Virus record (IMG/VR): IMGVR_UViG_3300025715_000014
Span: 1 to 64,000 of that record
DNA from: a virus
Lineage: Duplodnaviria > Caudoviricetes
Reading direction: 5' to 3' (one strand)
Length of the DNA: 64,000 bases
Positions 42,586 to 51,266 of this stretch are shown one piece after another. The notes under the pieces were generated by a model. That model saw nothing but the letters and a program-made list of their open reading frames with translations, had not been told where the DNA came from and did no database searches. Both the position numbers and the translations under genes were made by a program. Numbering within the stretch: position 1 is the first letter of the stretch; every line of letters begins with the position of its first letter.

Positions 42586-42795
42586 TCATTTACTTTTTTC
42601 TATTTTTGGATATATTTTATTGAATAATTCATACAAATCTGAACATTTTTCCCTCACTAAAAATTCGTTCAATCTATTTTTTGGAAAATGATAATTTCTC
42701 CATTTGGATGAAACGGATTTATTTACTAAAAAATATTCTTCTAGCTTTTGATTGTAAATCTTTTTAATATAAAATTCTATGAATAAAATGTCCAT
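42586..42795 (-). CDS. Hypothetical protein
   Basis: 69 aa ORF; TAATTTTG upstream. Confidence 0.45.
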   Translation of the reverse strand: MDILFIEFYIKKIYNQKLEEYFLVNKSVSSKWRNYHFPKNRLNEFLVREKCSDLYELFNKIYPKIEKSK

Positions 42796-42834
42796 TCTTA
42801 TTTTTAATATAATTTTTTCAATATGTTTGCAAAA

Positions 42835-43566
42835 TTATAACTTTTCTTTTGCTATATTGTACCACTTTTCATCCAATTCTATTCCAATAAATCTTCTGTT
42901 AGTGTTTCTGGCAGCCAAGCAAGTGGTCCCAATGCCACAAGCATTATCCAGAACTATTTCATTTTCATTAGTATATGTCTTTATCAACCACTCACATAAT
43001 TTGACTGGTTTCTGTGTTGGGTGTATAGAAGGAAATGGTTTTTCAAAATTCAAAACACTTTTTGGATATTTTTGAGTCGAACCTTTTCGAGTGTCAGGTA
43101 ATTTCGTATCAAAAACTCCATAATTATTATTCTTTCCATCTTTCTGCTTATAAGACACTCCCTTACCGTGTAATGGCGCCCCTTCTGTAAATTGTGGATT
43201 ATATGTTGGCTGTTTATTATAGAATATGAGGATTTGCTCGTGATTTCTCAATGGCTGTCTGTTAGCATTTAAAAATCCACTTATTCGTTCTCCTTTTTTC
43301 CAAATCAAATCATATTTGAACATTTTTTCGTTACTCAATATAAGTTTTGCGGCAAATGATCCTTGAGCGAAAAGAGCTATACAACCATTTTTCTTTATTA
43401 TTCTTTTATATTGCCGCCAAAGCTCGTCAATGGGTATTATTTTATCTTTATCATTGTTTGTCACGCCATAAGGTAAATCACAACATATCATATCCACAGA
43501 ATGATCATTAATATCATTCATAATATCCAAACAATCCCCTAAATAGATTTCATCAAGAGTTAGCAT
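42835..43566 (-). CDS. DNA N4/N6 methyltransferase (beta class)
   Basis: GDCL, DLPYG, HPTQKP, VLDNACGIGTT, FIGIE. Confidence 0.9.
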   Translation of the reverse strand: MLTLDEIYLGDCLDIMNDINDHSVDMICCDLPYGVTNNDKDKIIPIDELWRQYKRIIKKNGCIALFAQGSFAAKLILSNEKMFKYDLIWKKGERISGFLNANRQPLRNHEQILIFYNKQPTYNPQFTEGAPLHGKGVSYKQKDGKNNNYGVFDTKLPDTRKGSTQKYPKSVLNFEKPFPSIHPTQKPVKLCEWLIKTYTNENEIVLDNACGIGTTCLAARNTNRRFIGIELDEKWYNIAKEKL

Positions 43567-43618
43567 ATTGATAATATAAAAATAAAAAGTGTGGGAGTTT
43601 AATATTTATCTGTTTTAT

Positions 43619-43816
43619 TTATTTCCCAAAAATATAATCATCAATAGCTTTTTGTAATTCTTTATATGTATAATTTTTTGGAAATATCTTTTCGAATTTA
43701 TCGACGACATCCACCATGAAATCATCATAAGATACTCCGATTTTAGATTTTAAACGGCTAGATATTTCATCATCTATAACCATCTTCATTTCAATTGATA
43801 ATTTAAATTTTTTCAT
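43619..43816 (-). CDS. Hypothetical protein
   Basis: 65 aa ORF coupled to the upstream gene. Confidence 0.45.
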   Translation of the reverse strand: MKKFKLSIEMKMVIDDEISSRLKSKIGVSYDDFMVDVVDKFEKIFPKNYTYKELQKAIDDYIFGK

Positions 43817-44643
43817 CTTCTTCTTTTTTTAATTTTGCTATACATATAAACCAATAATGGTATCAAAATCGTCCCAACTATAAATTCCCAGTTATCAGTT
43901 AAAAAATTGATAATTTTACTTATAATAGTTTCATCTGAATAAACATATATAATTCCATCATATACTTTAATATTTTTACTCTTATCATTTACTATCACAT
44001 CAACACTCAAAGACAGCTTGTTGTTACCTTTTGTCAGTGGTGTCACGTTCCAAGTCCATAATGTATAATCATTTTTTTCTAGAAATTGCTCTTCTTCTGT
44101 TGTTGGAATTATTCTGAAATTTACACCCGTTGGATCAACAAGTCTCGCTTTCATTATTGGTGTAATTCTAATATCACTTGTGTATATGTTATGCTCGTTA
44201 AAAGTCGATACTCCATCTATGATAACTTTTTGTTCTACTTCTTTTCCAGATATCGTCATATTAACTTCATTTGTTATACCAATCACCATAGTATCTTGAA
44301 TGACATAATTTATCTTGCCGATATTATCCACTGCATCCTGTAAAGTTTTTGTTTCATCATATTGATCATTTTGTGGATTTATTTGTATAATATCCTCGAC
44401 AACAGATGGTACTGGTGCCGGAGGTGGAGGCGGCGGAGGAGATGGAGATGTTTTTTCGCCCGTCGTTTTTGGATATTCTATTATTTTTACTATTTCCTTT
44501 TTTTCGCTTTCTTTTTGAATAACAGATATTGAATCGTTTTCCTTTATCGCTTTTGGATAATTTTTTGTATCATCCTTTGTCGCAACATATGAGCAACAAG
44601 AAAAAAGGAGCAGAAAAAATAAAAAAATGAATATTCTTTTCAC
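43813..44643 (-). CDS. Lipoprotein with polyproline linker and C-terminal TM
   Basis: LLFSCC lipobox, PSPPPPPPPAP, W.WNVTP. Confidence 0.6.
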   Translation of the reverse strand: MKRIFIFLFFLLLFSCCSYVATKDDTKNYPKAIKENDSISVIQKESEKKEIVKIIEYPKTTGEKTSPSPPPPPPPAPVPSVVEDIIQINPQNDQYDETKTLQDAVDNIGKINYVIQDTMVIGITNEVNMTISGKEVEQKVIIDGVSTFNEHNIYTSDIRITPIMKARLVDPTGVNFRIIPTTEEEQFLEKNDYTLWTWNVTPLTKGNNKLSLSVDVIVNDKSKNIKVYDGIIYVYSDETIISKIINFLTDNWEFIVGTILIPLLVYMYSKIKKRRR

Positions 44644-44813
44644 ACTCCTTATATATAAAAAATTTATTTTAATGATTTTTACGCCATTTGTCGTAAGAAT
44701 CTCCCCTTTTAAAACTTTCTATAATATATTTATTTTCAAGTTCAAATTTGGATGGAAGATCATTTAAAGCGATATACCAATTAACAAACTCATGATAAAA
44801 TAAAAAATTTTAG

Positions 44814-44884
44814 CCGGATAAGATGGAATCGAACCATCAATTTTTGTTTTAGAGACAAAAGTTATACCATTTAACTATTATCCG
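44814..44884 (-). tRNA. Amber suppressor tRNA, anticodon CUA (amino acid probably Gln, inferred)
   Basis: Cloverleaf: acceptor CGGATAA/TTATCCG, D stem GTTA/TAAC, anticodon stem TTTGT/ACAAA with loop CT-CTA-AA, T arm GATGG-TTCGATT-CCATC, discriminator G; CCA not encoded. Confidence 0.9.
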
Positions 44885-44891
44885 ATTTTAA

Positions 44892-44917
44892 AGTGTGCTA
44901 GTTTTATCTAGCACACT
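44892..44917. other. Hairpin immediately 5' of the tRNA (processing or attenuation site?)
   Basis: agtgtgctag-ttttat-ctagcacact. Confidence 0.55.
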
Positions 44918-44927
44918 CCATAGTTGT

Positions 44928-45353
44928 TTATTTAATTTTATAGAAGTCGCCTTTTTCATTTTTATATTCAGCCAAAACCTGCTCATATAAAGTACGCAAA
45001 GCTAACATCTTTTTTCTAGATTTTTGTATGTTTTCTTCTTTTTCAGATACTTTAACATAAATTTTTTCTACACCTGTTATTTTAGATAATAAATGAAAGA
45101 AATAATTGACTTTTCGTAATGTTAATTTTTTATCTAAGGCAAAGATACACTTATTTATTTTCTTATCTTGATTTTTAGATGTTCCATATAAATTTTTGAC
45201 TTCGATTCTATAAATCGGTTTATTTATTCTATAGTTATTTTCTTTTATCCAATTTTCAATTTTTTCCATTGTTTCATTTACTCTGTTGGATAATTCTGAA
45301 CTGTTATAAACATAGTTCATTATTTTTGGTTTTTCTAATGTCATTGTTTCCAT
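44928..45353 (-). CDS. Basic hypothetical protein between pth and the suppressor tRNA
   Basis: 141 aa ORF; C-terminal helix SEKEENIQ..RK...YK.EKGDFYK. Confidence 0.7.
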   Translation of the reverse strand: METMTLEKPKIMNYVYNSSELSNRVNETMEKIENWIKENNYRINKPIYRIEVKNLYGTSKNQDKKINKCIFALDKKLTLRKVNYFFHLLSKITGVEKIYVKVSEKEENIQKSRKKMLALRTLYEQVLAEYKNEKGDFYKIK

Positions 45354-45448
45354 AATTTTTTGAATTTTTTTTAAATTATTTTTTTATTGAAATTTAATAA
45401 TTATTCAGGCACTGCCTGAATTTTTTTCCTATTATAGACACAATTTCA

Positions 45449-45472
45449 TTAAGGCGGCTTTAACTACGACAT
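45449..45472 (-). other. SD-led mini-ORF ATG TCG TAG TTA AAG CCG CCT TAA (putative leader peptide)
   Basis: AAGGAGGAG immediately upstream; amber at codon 3; Pro-Pro-stop ending; hairpin attcaggca/tgcctgaat downstream. Confidence 0.55.
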
Positions 45473-45825
45473 ATCTCCTCCTTTCTTTCATTTTCTTTTA
45501 ACATTAAAGGCAAAGAACTAGTAAGCTTTCTGGTTTTTTCAGAAGGCTCTATACACACAGAAGTTATCTGATCATTGAGATCAGGCTCCTTGAATATAGA
45601 ATGTTTTAAATTGAATTTTTTTAATTTTGAGATGAGTTCTATTAACTCTTTTTCTCCAGGCACAGATAAATAAATCAAATATTTTGATTCATTTAACCAT
45701 TTTTTAGAAATATCTGGATATTGATGTTGAAATTCTACTGCGGAGTGTCCAGCTTGAACGGCTTGCTGACCAGCTTTTATGTCGGAACGTGTGACCACAA
45801 CCAATTTTTCTACAATCTACTTCAT
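45460..45825 (-). CDS. Peptidyl-tRNA hydrolase, Pth2-like, with in-frame TAG at codon 3
   Basis: ATG AAG TAG ATT GTA GAA AAA TTG GTT; VV.R.D...GQQAVQAGH, F.EPDL..QIT motifs; AATATATA-gttat-ATG context. Confidence 0.8.
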
Positions 45826-45830
45826 ATAAC

Positions 45831-45838
45831 TATATATT
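45831..45838 (-). promoter_or_regulatory. Phage late-type promoter motif AATATATA (representative copy)
   Basis: (A/T)ATATATA recurs shortly upstream of many starts on both strands, e.g. before 4380, 7453, 19673, 30197, 32676, 38719, 48682, 51921, 58961, 59951, 61284 (+) and 19607, 27256, 37874, 45825, 50528, 54197 (-). Confidence 0.7.
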
Positions 45839-45943
45839 GAAATTTATTTGTTTTGTTTATACAAAAGTATAAAGTTTTTTAAATAAAAAAAAAATAATTT
45901 AAAAATTTTATATATAGAATAAAAAAAAATAATAATATAAAAA

Positions 45944-46120
45944 ATGAATAAAATTAAAACTTGGTTGAAAAAATTGTTCTTCGGTGAAACTTATAAAAAA
46001 GAAATTAGTCGCAGCGCTGTCACAGGAGAATTTGTCTCCAAAGAATTTGTAGAAGAAAACCCTGGAACAACAACAACAGAAATCAGAGAAGTTAAAAAAA
46101 GAGGTAAGGCTAAGTCGTAG
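45944..46120 (+). CDS. Small protein with RSAxTGxFV...PxTT motif (58 aa)
   Basis: MNKIKTWL...RSAVTGEFVSKEFVEENPGTTTTE; below the ORF-track cutoff. Confidence 0.55.
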   Translation: MNKIKTWLKKLFFGETYKKEISRSAVTGEFVSKEFVEENPGTTTTEIREVKKRGKAKS

Positions 46121-46769
46121 TATTTTGGGGCACTTCATCAATATCATATCTTATTGTTTCCACTATGTTTTGATTTGTTTCACGCCTGGGTCTTTGTGTT
46201 ACTGTTATCCAAGGGTCGAAAGGTGTCTTTTCTTCGCTTTTTCGAATTTTTTTCTTTTTTTCTATGCTCATTTTCTTGAAAATGTCGCCATACATTTTTA
46301 AGAATTCTTCGAAATGATTTTTAAAAACATTGGTATCAATATGATGGCCACCTTCTATTTCAATTATTTTATCACCATATCCAATAGACGATAAAAATTT
46401 TAGATTCGTTTTATTATCCAACATTTCATCTTGTTTTGATAAAACAATAAGTTTATTAGGATACTCCGATCTATCGTGATTAGAAATTAATTTTCCACCA
46501 TTCTTAAAATTAAATGATGGATTAAAAAGAAGGGCTGGTTTTTGTAGAATATTCGACACATAAAAGGCCATATAGGCACCAAGCGAGCTACCAACTATAA
46601 AAACTTCATCATCCCCAACATCGCTGATCTCTCGAGCGATTGTATAAATTATTTCTTTATTTTTTAAATAATTCGGATCATAATAGATGACCTCGCCTCT
46701 TTCTTCCATTATTTTTATCTTATCCTTATTTGGAGTTGAACCAAAACCACTTATATAAGCTATTTTCAT
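46110..46769 (-). CDS. YqiA/YcfP-like alpha/beta hydrolase (esterase)
   Basis: YISGFGS, VGSSLGAY, LLFNP, DE.LD, GGHH. Confidence 0.8.
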   Translation of the reverse strand: MKIAYISGFGSTPNKDKIKIMEERGEVIYYDPNYLKNKEIIYTIAREISDVGDDEVFIVGSSLGAYMAFYVSNILQKPALLFNPSFNFKNGGKLISNHDRSEYPNKLIVLSKQDEMLDNKTNLKFLSSIGYGDKIIEIEGGHHIDTNVFKNHFEEFLKMYGDIFKKMSIEKKKKIRKSEEKTPFDPWITVTQRPRRETNQNIVETIRYDIDEVPQNTTT

Positions 46770-46898
46770 ATTTAGAGTTTTACTTTATTTTAAAAAACAA
46801 AATTAATATATAATATTGAAATTAAAAAATATTTGAATAAAAAATTAAATTAAACATTTTCTTCAAATATTCATAAAAATAAAAAACAAAAATAAAAT

Positions 46899-47177
46899 AT
46901 GAATCCTATCATAGAACTTAGACGCAAACAGATAAATGATTATATTTCATCAATAGAATTGAATGATGAATCCATAAATGTTAATCAAATAAAAAATGAT
47001 CTTTCTACAATATTAAATGAAAAACCTGGTGTCGAATTGAAGTATAAAAAAGATACAATGATTATGGAAGGCGGGGCAAGAAAAATAAACAAAGGAAAAC
47101 TCGAGTCTATAACAATTTTTTATACCTATGAAGGTGAAGATGGACCAAGTTTTGATAGGGTATCATATTTTATTTAA
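46899..47177 (+). CDS. Hypothetical protein
   Basis: 92 aa ORF upstream of rnh. Confidence 0.55.
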   Translation: MNPIIELRRKQINDYISSIELNDESINVNQIKNDLSTILNEKPGVELKYKKDTMIMEGGARKINKGKLESITIFYTYEGEDGPSFDRVSYFI

Positions 47178-47209
47178 TTTTTTTCAAAAAATATTTTAAA
47201 ATTTTTTTA

Positions 47210-48178
47210 ATGATTTCTTTGTATCTAATAATAGATGGTAATTATTTTGTAAATAAACTCGTTCACATACTCCATAAAAACAATATTTTATATTCAGAGC
47301 TCTATAATGTTATGGAACGAGATTATACATTTTTGACAAAATTATATTCCTTTGATAGAATATATTTTGTGTCGGATAGTTTTTATAATTGGAGAAAAGA
47401 ATATTTTACTGATTATAAGGGCACTAGAAAAAAGGACTTGACAATAGATTGGCAATTTGTCTATAAAGAATATGACAAATTCAAAGACTATTTACGTGAA
47501 AATAAGAAAAATTGTGATATATTACAGATAGAAAATTTAGAAGGAGATGACATAGTTTCTTATCTTGTTGATAATCTGAATAATAAAGGAGGCTCGGTTT
47601 TTCTTATGTCCAATGATAGCGATCTTCTTCAACTCATAAGATATGATGTGAATAAAAGATATATGAACTTAATGTACAACTACAAAATGTCAGATGATAA
47701 AGTATTCGTTCCAGAGTATTATAAGTTGTTAATCAATCATATAAGAGAAACTATGACAAATGACATATTTGATGACAACAATGAAATCGATTATATTGAT
47801 TTCATAGAAACTTTTTTATCGGATAAAAAAGTTGATCTTATAAACAGCGAAAAAGAACTGTTTATGAAGATAATGGGTCACAACAAAGATAATATCAAAA
47901 GTGTCTATATGCGCGGAGATAAAGGCATAGGCAAAATTGGTATTTTAAAATTATATGACATATATAAACAAACTTATCCCGAGCCAATAAACTTCTCGTC
48001 AGATGAATTCAAGACCAGACTTATAGATCATATAAAAATGTTTAAACGAGTGCGAGATGATTCGATGAATGAATCGATGGAAGAAAGACTGACAAGAAAT
48101 TTGAAAATCGTAAAGTTGGATGAAGATTCTATACCAAAAACGTTATATGACAAAATGAAAAAGGAGATTAAAATTTAA
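47210..48178 (+). CDS. rnh: T4 RNase H-like 5'-3' exonuclease
   Basis: LIIDGNY, WRKE..DYKGTRK, LEGDD, SNDSDLLQL, KDNI. Confidence 0.85.
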   Translation: MISLYLIIDGNYFVNKLVHILHKNNILYSELYNVMERDYTFLTKLYSFDRIYFVSDSFYNWRKEYFTDYKGTRKKDLTIDWQFVYKEYDKFKDYLRENKKNCDILQIENLEGDDIVSYLVDNLNNKGGSVFLMSNDSDLLQLIRYDVNKRYMNLMYNYKMSDDKVFVPEYYKLLINHIRETMTNDIFDDNNEIDYIDFIETFLSDKKVDLINSEKELFMKIMGHNKDNIKSVYMRGDKGIGKIGILKLYDIYKQTYPEPINFSSDEFKTRLIDHIKMFKRVRDDSMNESMEERLTRNLKIVKLDEDSIPKTLYDKMKKEIKI

Positions 48179-48188
48179 TCTCCTTTTT
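48158..48188. terminator. Intrinsic terminator
   Basis: aaaaaggagatta-aaatt-taatctccttttt. Confidence 0.7.
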
Positions 48189-48234
48189 TAAAAATGTAAA
48201 ATCAAGCGCACTTATTATAGAGTGTAAAGATATT

Positions 48235-48574
48235 TTAAAAACTATCCACTCTTTTTTTAAATGATTCGATTCTTTTGCTCAGATCGTCATAATCAATCTC
48301 AACGTCTTCTTTATCAATATTTTTATTTTCTAATTCATAAATTCTTTTATGAACAAATTGATTTATACTCAGCCATAATTTACCATCCATAAAATCAATA
48401 TATTCTTTCATTTTATCTACGTTATTGCTGTTAATTAATCGTTCTATAATATCTCTGAATAATTCTCTTTCAAGATCATTGATTTTAATTTGCTTCTCCA
48501 CTTCTTCTTCCGTAGGTTCTTTCAAAAATTGCTTCCAATTCTTCACCTTATGAGATTTATTTATAATTACCCAT
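48235..48574 (-). CDS. Hypothetical protein whose 5' end appears separated by the IS
   Basis: Frame stays open upstream of GTG to the IS left end (WVIINKSHKVKNWKQFLKE); ATG and promoter lie beyond the IS at 49898-49920. Confidence 0.5.
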
Positions 48575-49882
48575 CAAAGAAAACTACGACATCTTTAGTG
48601 TCGTAGATGAATTTGACACAATTTTACAAAAAAATTAGAAAAATGTAAAAAAATGACTTTTTTAATTTAATATATAGTTATATGAAAACTATATTTAAAT
48701 CATTTAAGTTTAGAATATACCCAAATGAAGAACAAAAAATCTTGTTGGCTAAGCATTTTGGTGCTTGTAGATTTGTTTTCAATCACTACTTAAACAAAAG
48801 AAAAGAAACTTATCTTGAAGATAAAAAATCATTAAATTACTATGATAATGCTAATGATTTAACTCAATTAAAAAAGGATGATGATTTTAACTGGTTGAAA
48901 GAAATTAATAGCCAATCACTTCAATCTTCTTTGAGAAATCTCGATAATTCATATAATAGATTTTTTAGAAAACAATCGAAGTTTCCAAGATTTAAATCAA
49001 AATACGATAGACAATCATTTAAAATACCACAATCTATATTAGTTGAAGATAATCAATTAATAATACCAAAGTTTAAAAAGGGTGTTAAAATTAATTTACA
49101 TAGAGAAATAGAAGGAAAAATACAATTTGCTACCATATCTAAATCAACATCAGGAAATTATTATGTTTCTTTAACTTGTGAAGTTCAGTATCAACCTTAT
49201 GAAAAAACCAATTCAAAGGTGGGTATAGATACAGGTATCAAAGATTTGGCTATATTAAGTGATGGGACTACATATAAAAACATTAAAACATTAAAAAATA
49301 ATTTAAAGAAATTAAAATATAATCAAAGACAACTATCTAAAAAAGTAAAAGGTGGTTCATCGAGAGATAAACAAAGAAAAAAACTTGCTGTTTTACACGA
49401 AAAAATAACTAATATTAGGACAGATTATTTACATAAAGTATCGACTGAAATTGTTAAAAACCACGACATCATTTCAGTTGAAGATTTAGCAGTAAAGAAT
49501 ATAATGAAAAATCATAATTTAGCACAAACAATGTCTGATGTTAGTTTAGGAACATTCTATTCCATGTTAGAATATAAATGTGAGTGGAATGAAAAACAAT
49601 TTGTTAAAATAGATAGATTTTTTCCTTCAAGTAAAACTTGTTCTAAATGTGGTTGGATAAATCAAGATTTAACATTAGATGTTAGAGAATGGGAATGTTC
49701 TTCGTGTGGAGAAAAACATAACAGAGATTTTAACGCAAGTAAAAATATTTTAAAACAAGGTTTAAAAATATTGTCTGGTTTAGGGACTAATTCGGACATT
49801 AAACAAAAACAAGTGGAGTCGTTTTCGTTAGAAAAGGCTATGAAACTTGAAACTACGACATCTTCAGTGTCGTAGTAGTTCA
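48575..49882 (+). mobile_element. IS200/IS605-family (IS1341-type) TnpB-only element
   Basis: Subterminal hairpins ctacgaca-tctt(t/c)ag-tgtcgtag at both ends; ends in tagttca. Confidence 0.9.
48682..49875 (+). CDS. tnpB: RNA-guided endonuclease TnpB, intact
   Basis: FKFRIYP HTH, GIDTG, VEDL, PSSKTCSKCG..CSSCG, RDFNASKNI. Confidence 0.95.
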   Translation: MKTIFKSFKFRIYPNEEQKILLAKHFGACRFVFNHYLNKRKETYLEDKKSLNYYDNANDLTQLKKDDDFNWLKEINSQSLQSSLRNLDNSYNRFFRKQSKFPRFKSKYDRQSFKIPQSILVEDNQLIIPKFKKGVKINLHREIEGKIQFATISKSTSGNYYVSLTCEVQYQPYEKTNSKVGIDTGIKDLAILSDGTTYKNIKTLKNNLKKLKYNQRQLSKKVKGGSSRDKQRKKLAVLHEKITNIRTDYLHKVSTEIVKNHDIISVEDLAVKNIMKNHNLAQTMSDVSLGTFYSMLEYKCEWNEKQFVKIDRFFPSSKTCSKCGWINQDLTLDVREWECSSCGEKHNRDFNASKNILKQGLKILSGLGTNSDIKQKQVESFSLEKAMKLETTTSSVS

Positions 49883-49934
49883 TCATACCCATGTTCATTA
49901 TTTTTAAATCTATATATAAATATTTGAAATTATA

Positions 49935-50219
49935 TTAAACTATCAAATCATTCTTTAAATTAAAAACATTTTTTTGAATGTATTCGGCCATATCTTCGTC
50001 ATCAAGATGATCTATCAATCCTTTATCATATAGATAAAAATGTATTCTGTTATTTATGTATTTTAGCAGCTCTATATTTTCATTTCTATTTAGATGTTCT
50101 ATTATTTCATTTTTCAACTCTATTGGAGCCACTCTAAGTTTTTTCTTAAATGGAACAACAGGGACATCTCTTACAATGAATTCTTTATCACCTAATGATA
50201 TAGTGTGGTATTTGCTCAT
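49935..50219 (-). CDS. Hypothetical protein
   Basis: 94 aa ORF. Confidence 0.5.
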   Translation of the reverse strand: MSKYHTISLGDKEFIVRDVPVVPFKKKLRVAPIELKNEIIEHLNRNENIELLKYINNRIHFYLYDKGLIDHLDDEDMAEYIQKNVFNLKNDLIV

Positions 50220-50279
50220 TAAAAATTTTTAATTATTTATGGAGAATAGTCTTTGTTTTCATTCTCCGTTTTTATTATA

Positions 50280-50528
50280 TTATTTTTTGCCAGCCAATTT
50301 TTTAAAATGATCTGATATAAAACCATATATTAAATGAAGATTTTCATATTCATCTTGATCACTTCCAAAAATAAAATTGGCTTCTTCTTCAAGCTTATCA
50401 ACTGATGCCAAGAAATCTTTTATTTCATCTTTATAATCATCTCCCATCAAACCATATAGTTCGTCCTCTAAACTGCGAACTGTTTTTATGAAGTTGTTTG
50501 ATTGCTCGTATAGTTTTATGTGTTTCAT
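50280..50528 (-). CDS. Leader-family small protein
   Basis: MKHIKLYEQ start; AATATATA upstream. Confidence 0.65.
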   Translation of the reverse strand: MKHIKLYEQSNNFIKTVRSLEDELYGLMGDDYKDEIKDFLASVDKLEEEANFIFGSDQDEYENLHLIYGFISDHFKKLAGKK

Positions 50529-50564
50529 AACTTAAATAATTTTTTTGATATATATTGATTTTTA

Positions 50565-51224
50565 TTATTGATTTTTTGTCCAAATCACTTCTTTTCTTAA
50601 ATGTTTTTGACCTTTTAAATCCACTAGATTTTCAAAATCTAACCAATCTGCTCCTTCATTTTCACAAACAATAACTTGACCTTTTCTATTTTTACACCAC
50701 TCGCCCAGTTTTTTATAATCAATTTTATTATTCACATAATATTTTCCAGCCAGCTGGTATGGAGGATCGATAAACCAAGTCGCTTCTATATCCGGCGAAT
50801 TTTCATAACTTTCGTTTTTTATTATCCAATGTTTTATTTTATAAAGCTCTTCGGAAAGATCTTTTCGATGTTTTTCATCCCAATCACAAAAATTGCCAGG
50901 GCTTTTCTTTGGAACAGAAGACCCTGGATTTAGAAATAATCCGATGACCCATTTCTCGGGGTCAGTTAAATAATTAAATTTTTCATTATTTAAACTTTCT
51001 CCTTTAACTAATAGGGGAAGTTTTAAAATATCTGATGGAGATGATTGAAAACTTCATTTCCACACAGAAAATATTTTAAAATTGATTTCATATAGAATGA
51101 CATTTTTTTCAAAATATTCTATAGCATAGGACGCTGATCCGGCGAAACTCTCTATAATAGTGTCATATAGAGGTTTAGGATAATATTTAACTATCCTTTT
51201 CTTTCTTCCATAATAATAAAACAT
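50565..51224 (-). pseudogene. Dam-like (D12 class) adenine methyltransferase with one in-frame TGA (codon 57)
   Basis: MFYYYGRK, IIESFAGSASY, WFIDPPY, QVIVCE in one 220-codon frame; TGA at 51054-51056. Confidence 0.85.
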
Positions 51225-51266
51225 AATTAAAATATAATTAGAAAAATGAGAAATGTTTTTAATATT

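Noticed and set aside
45462..45472. aactacgacat as another IS end
   Set aside because: Only one hairpin arm with no complementary half; explained by the pth end and the mini-ORF.
50676..50933. Track ORF on the + strand, and similar short antisense ORFs elsewhere
   Set aside because: Antisense shadow of the interrupted methyltransferase; no independent coding signal.
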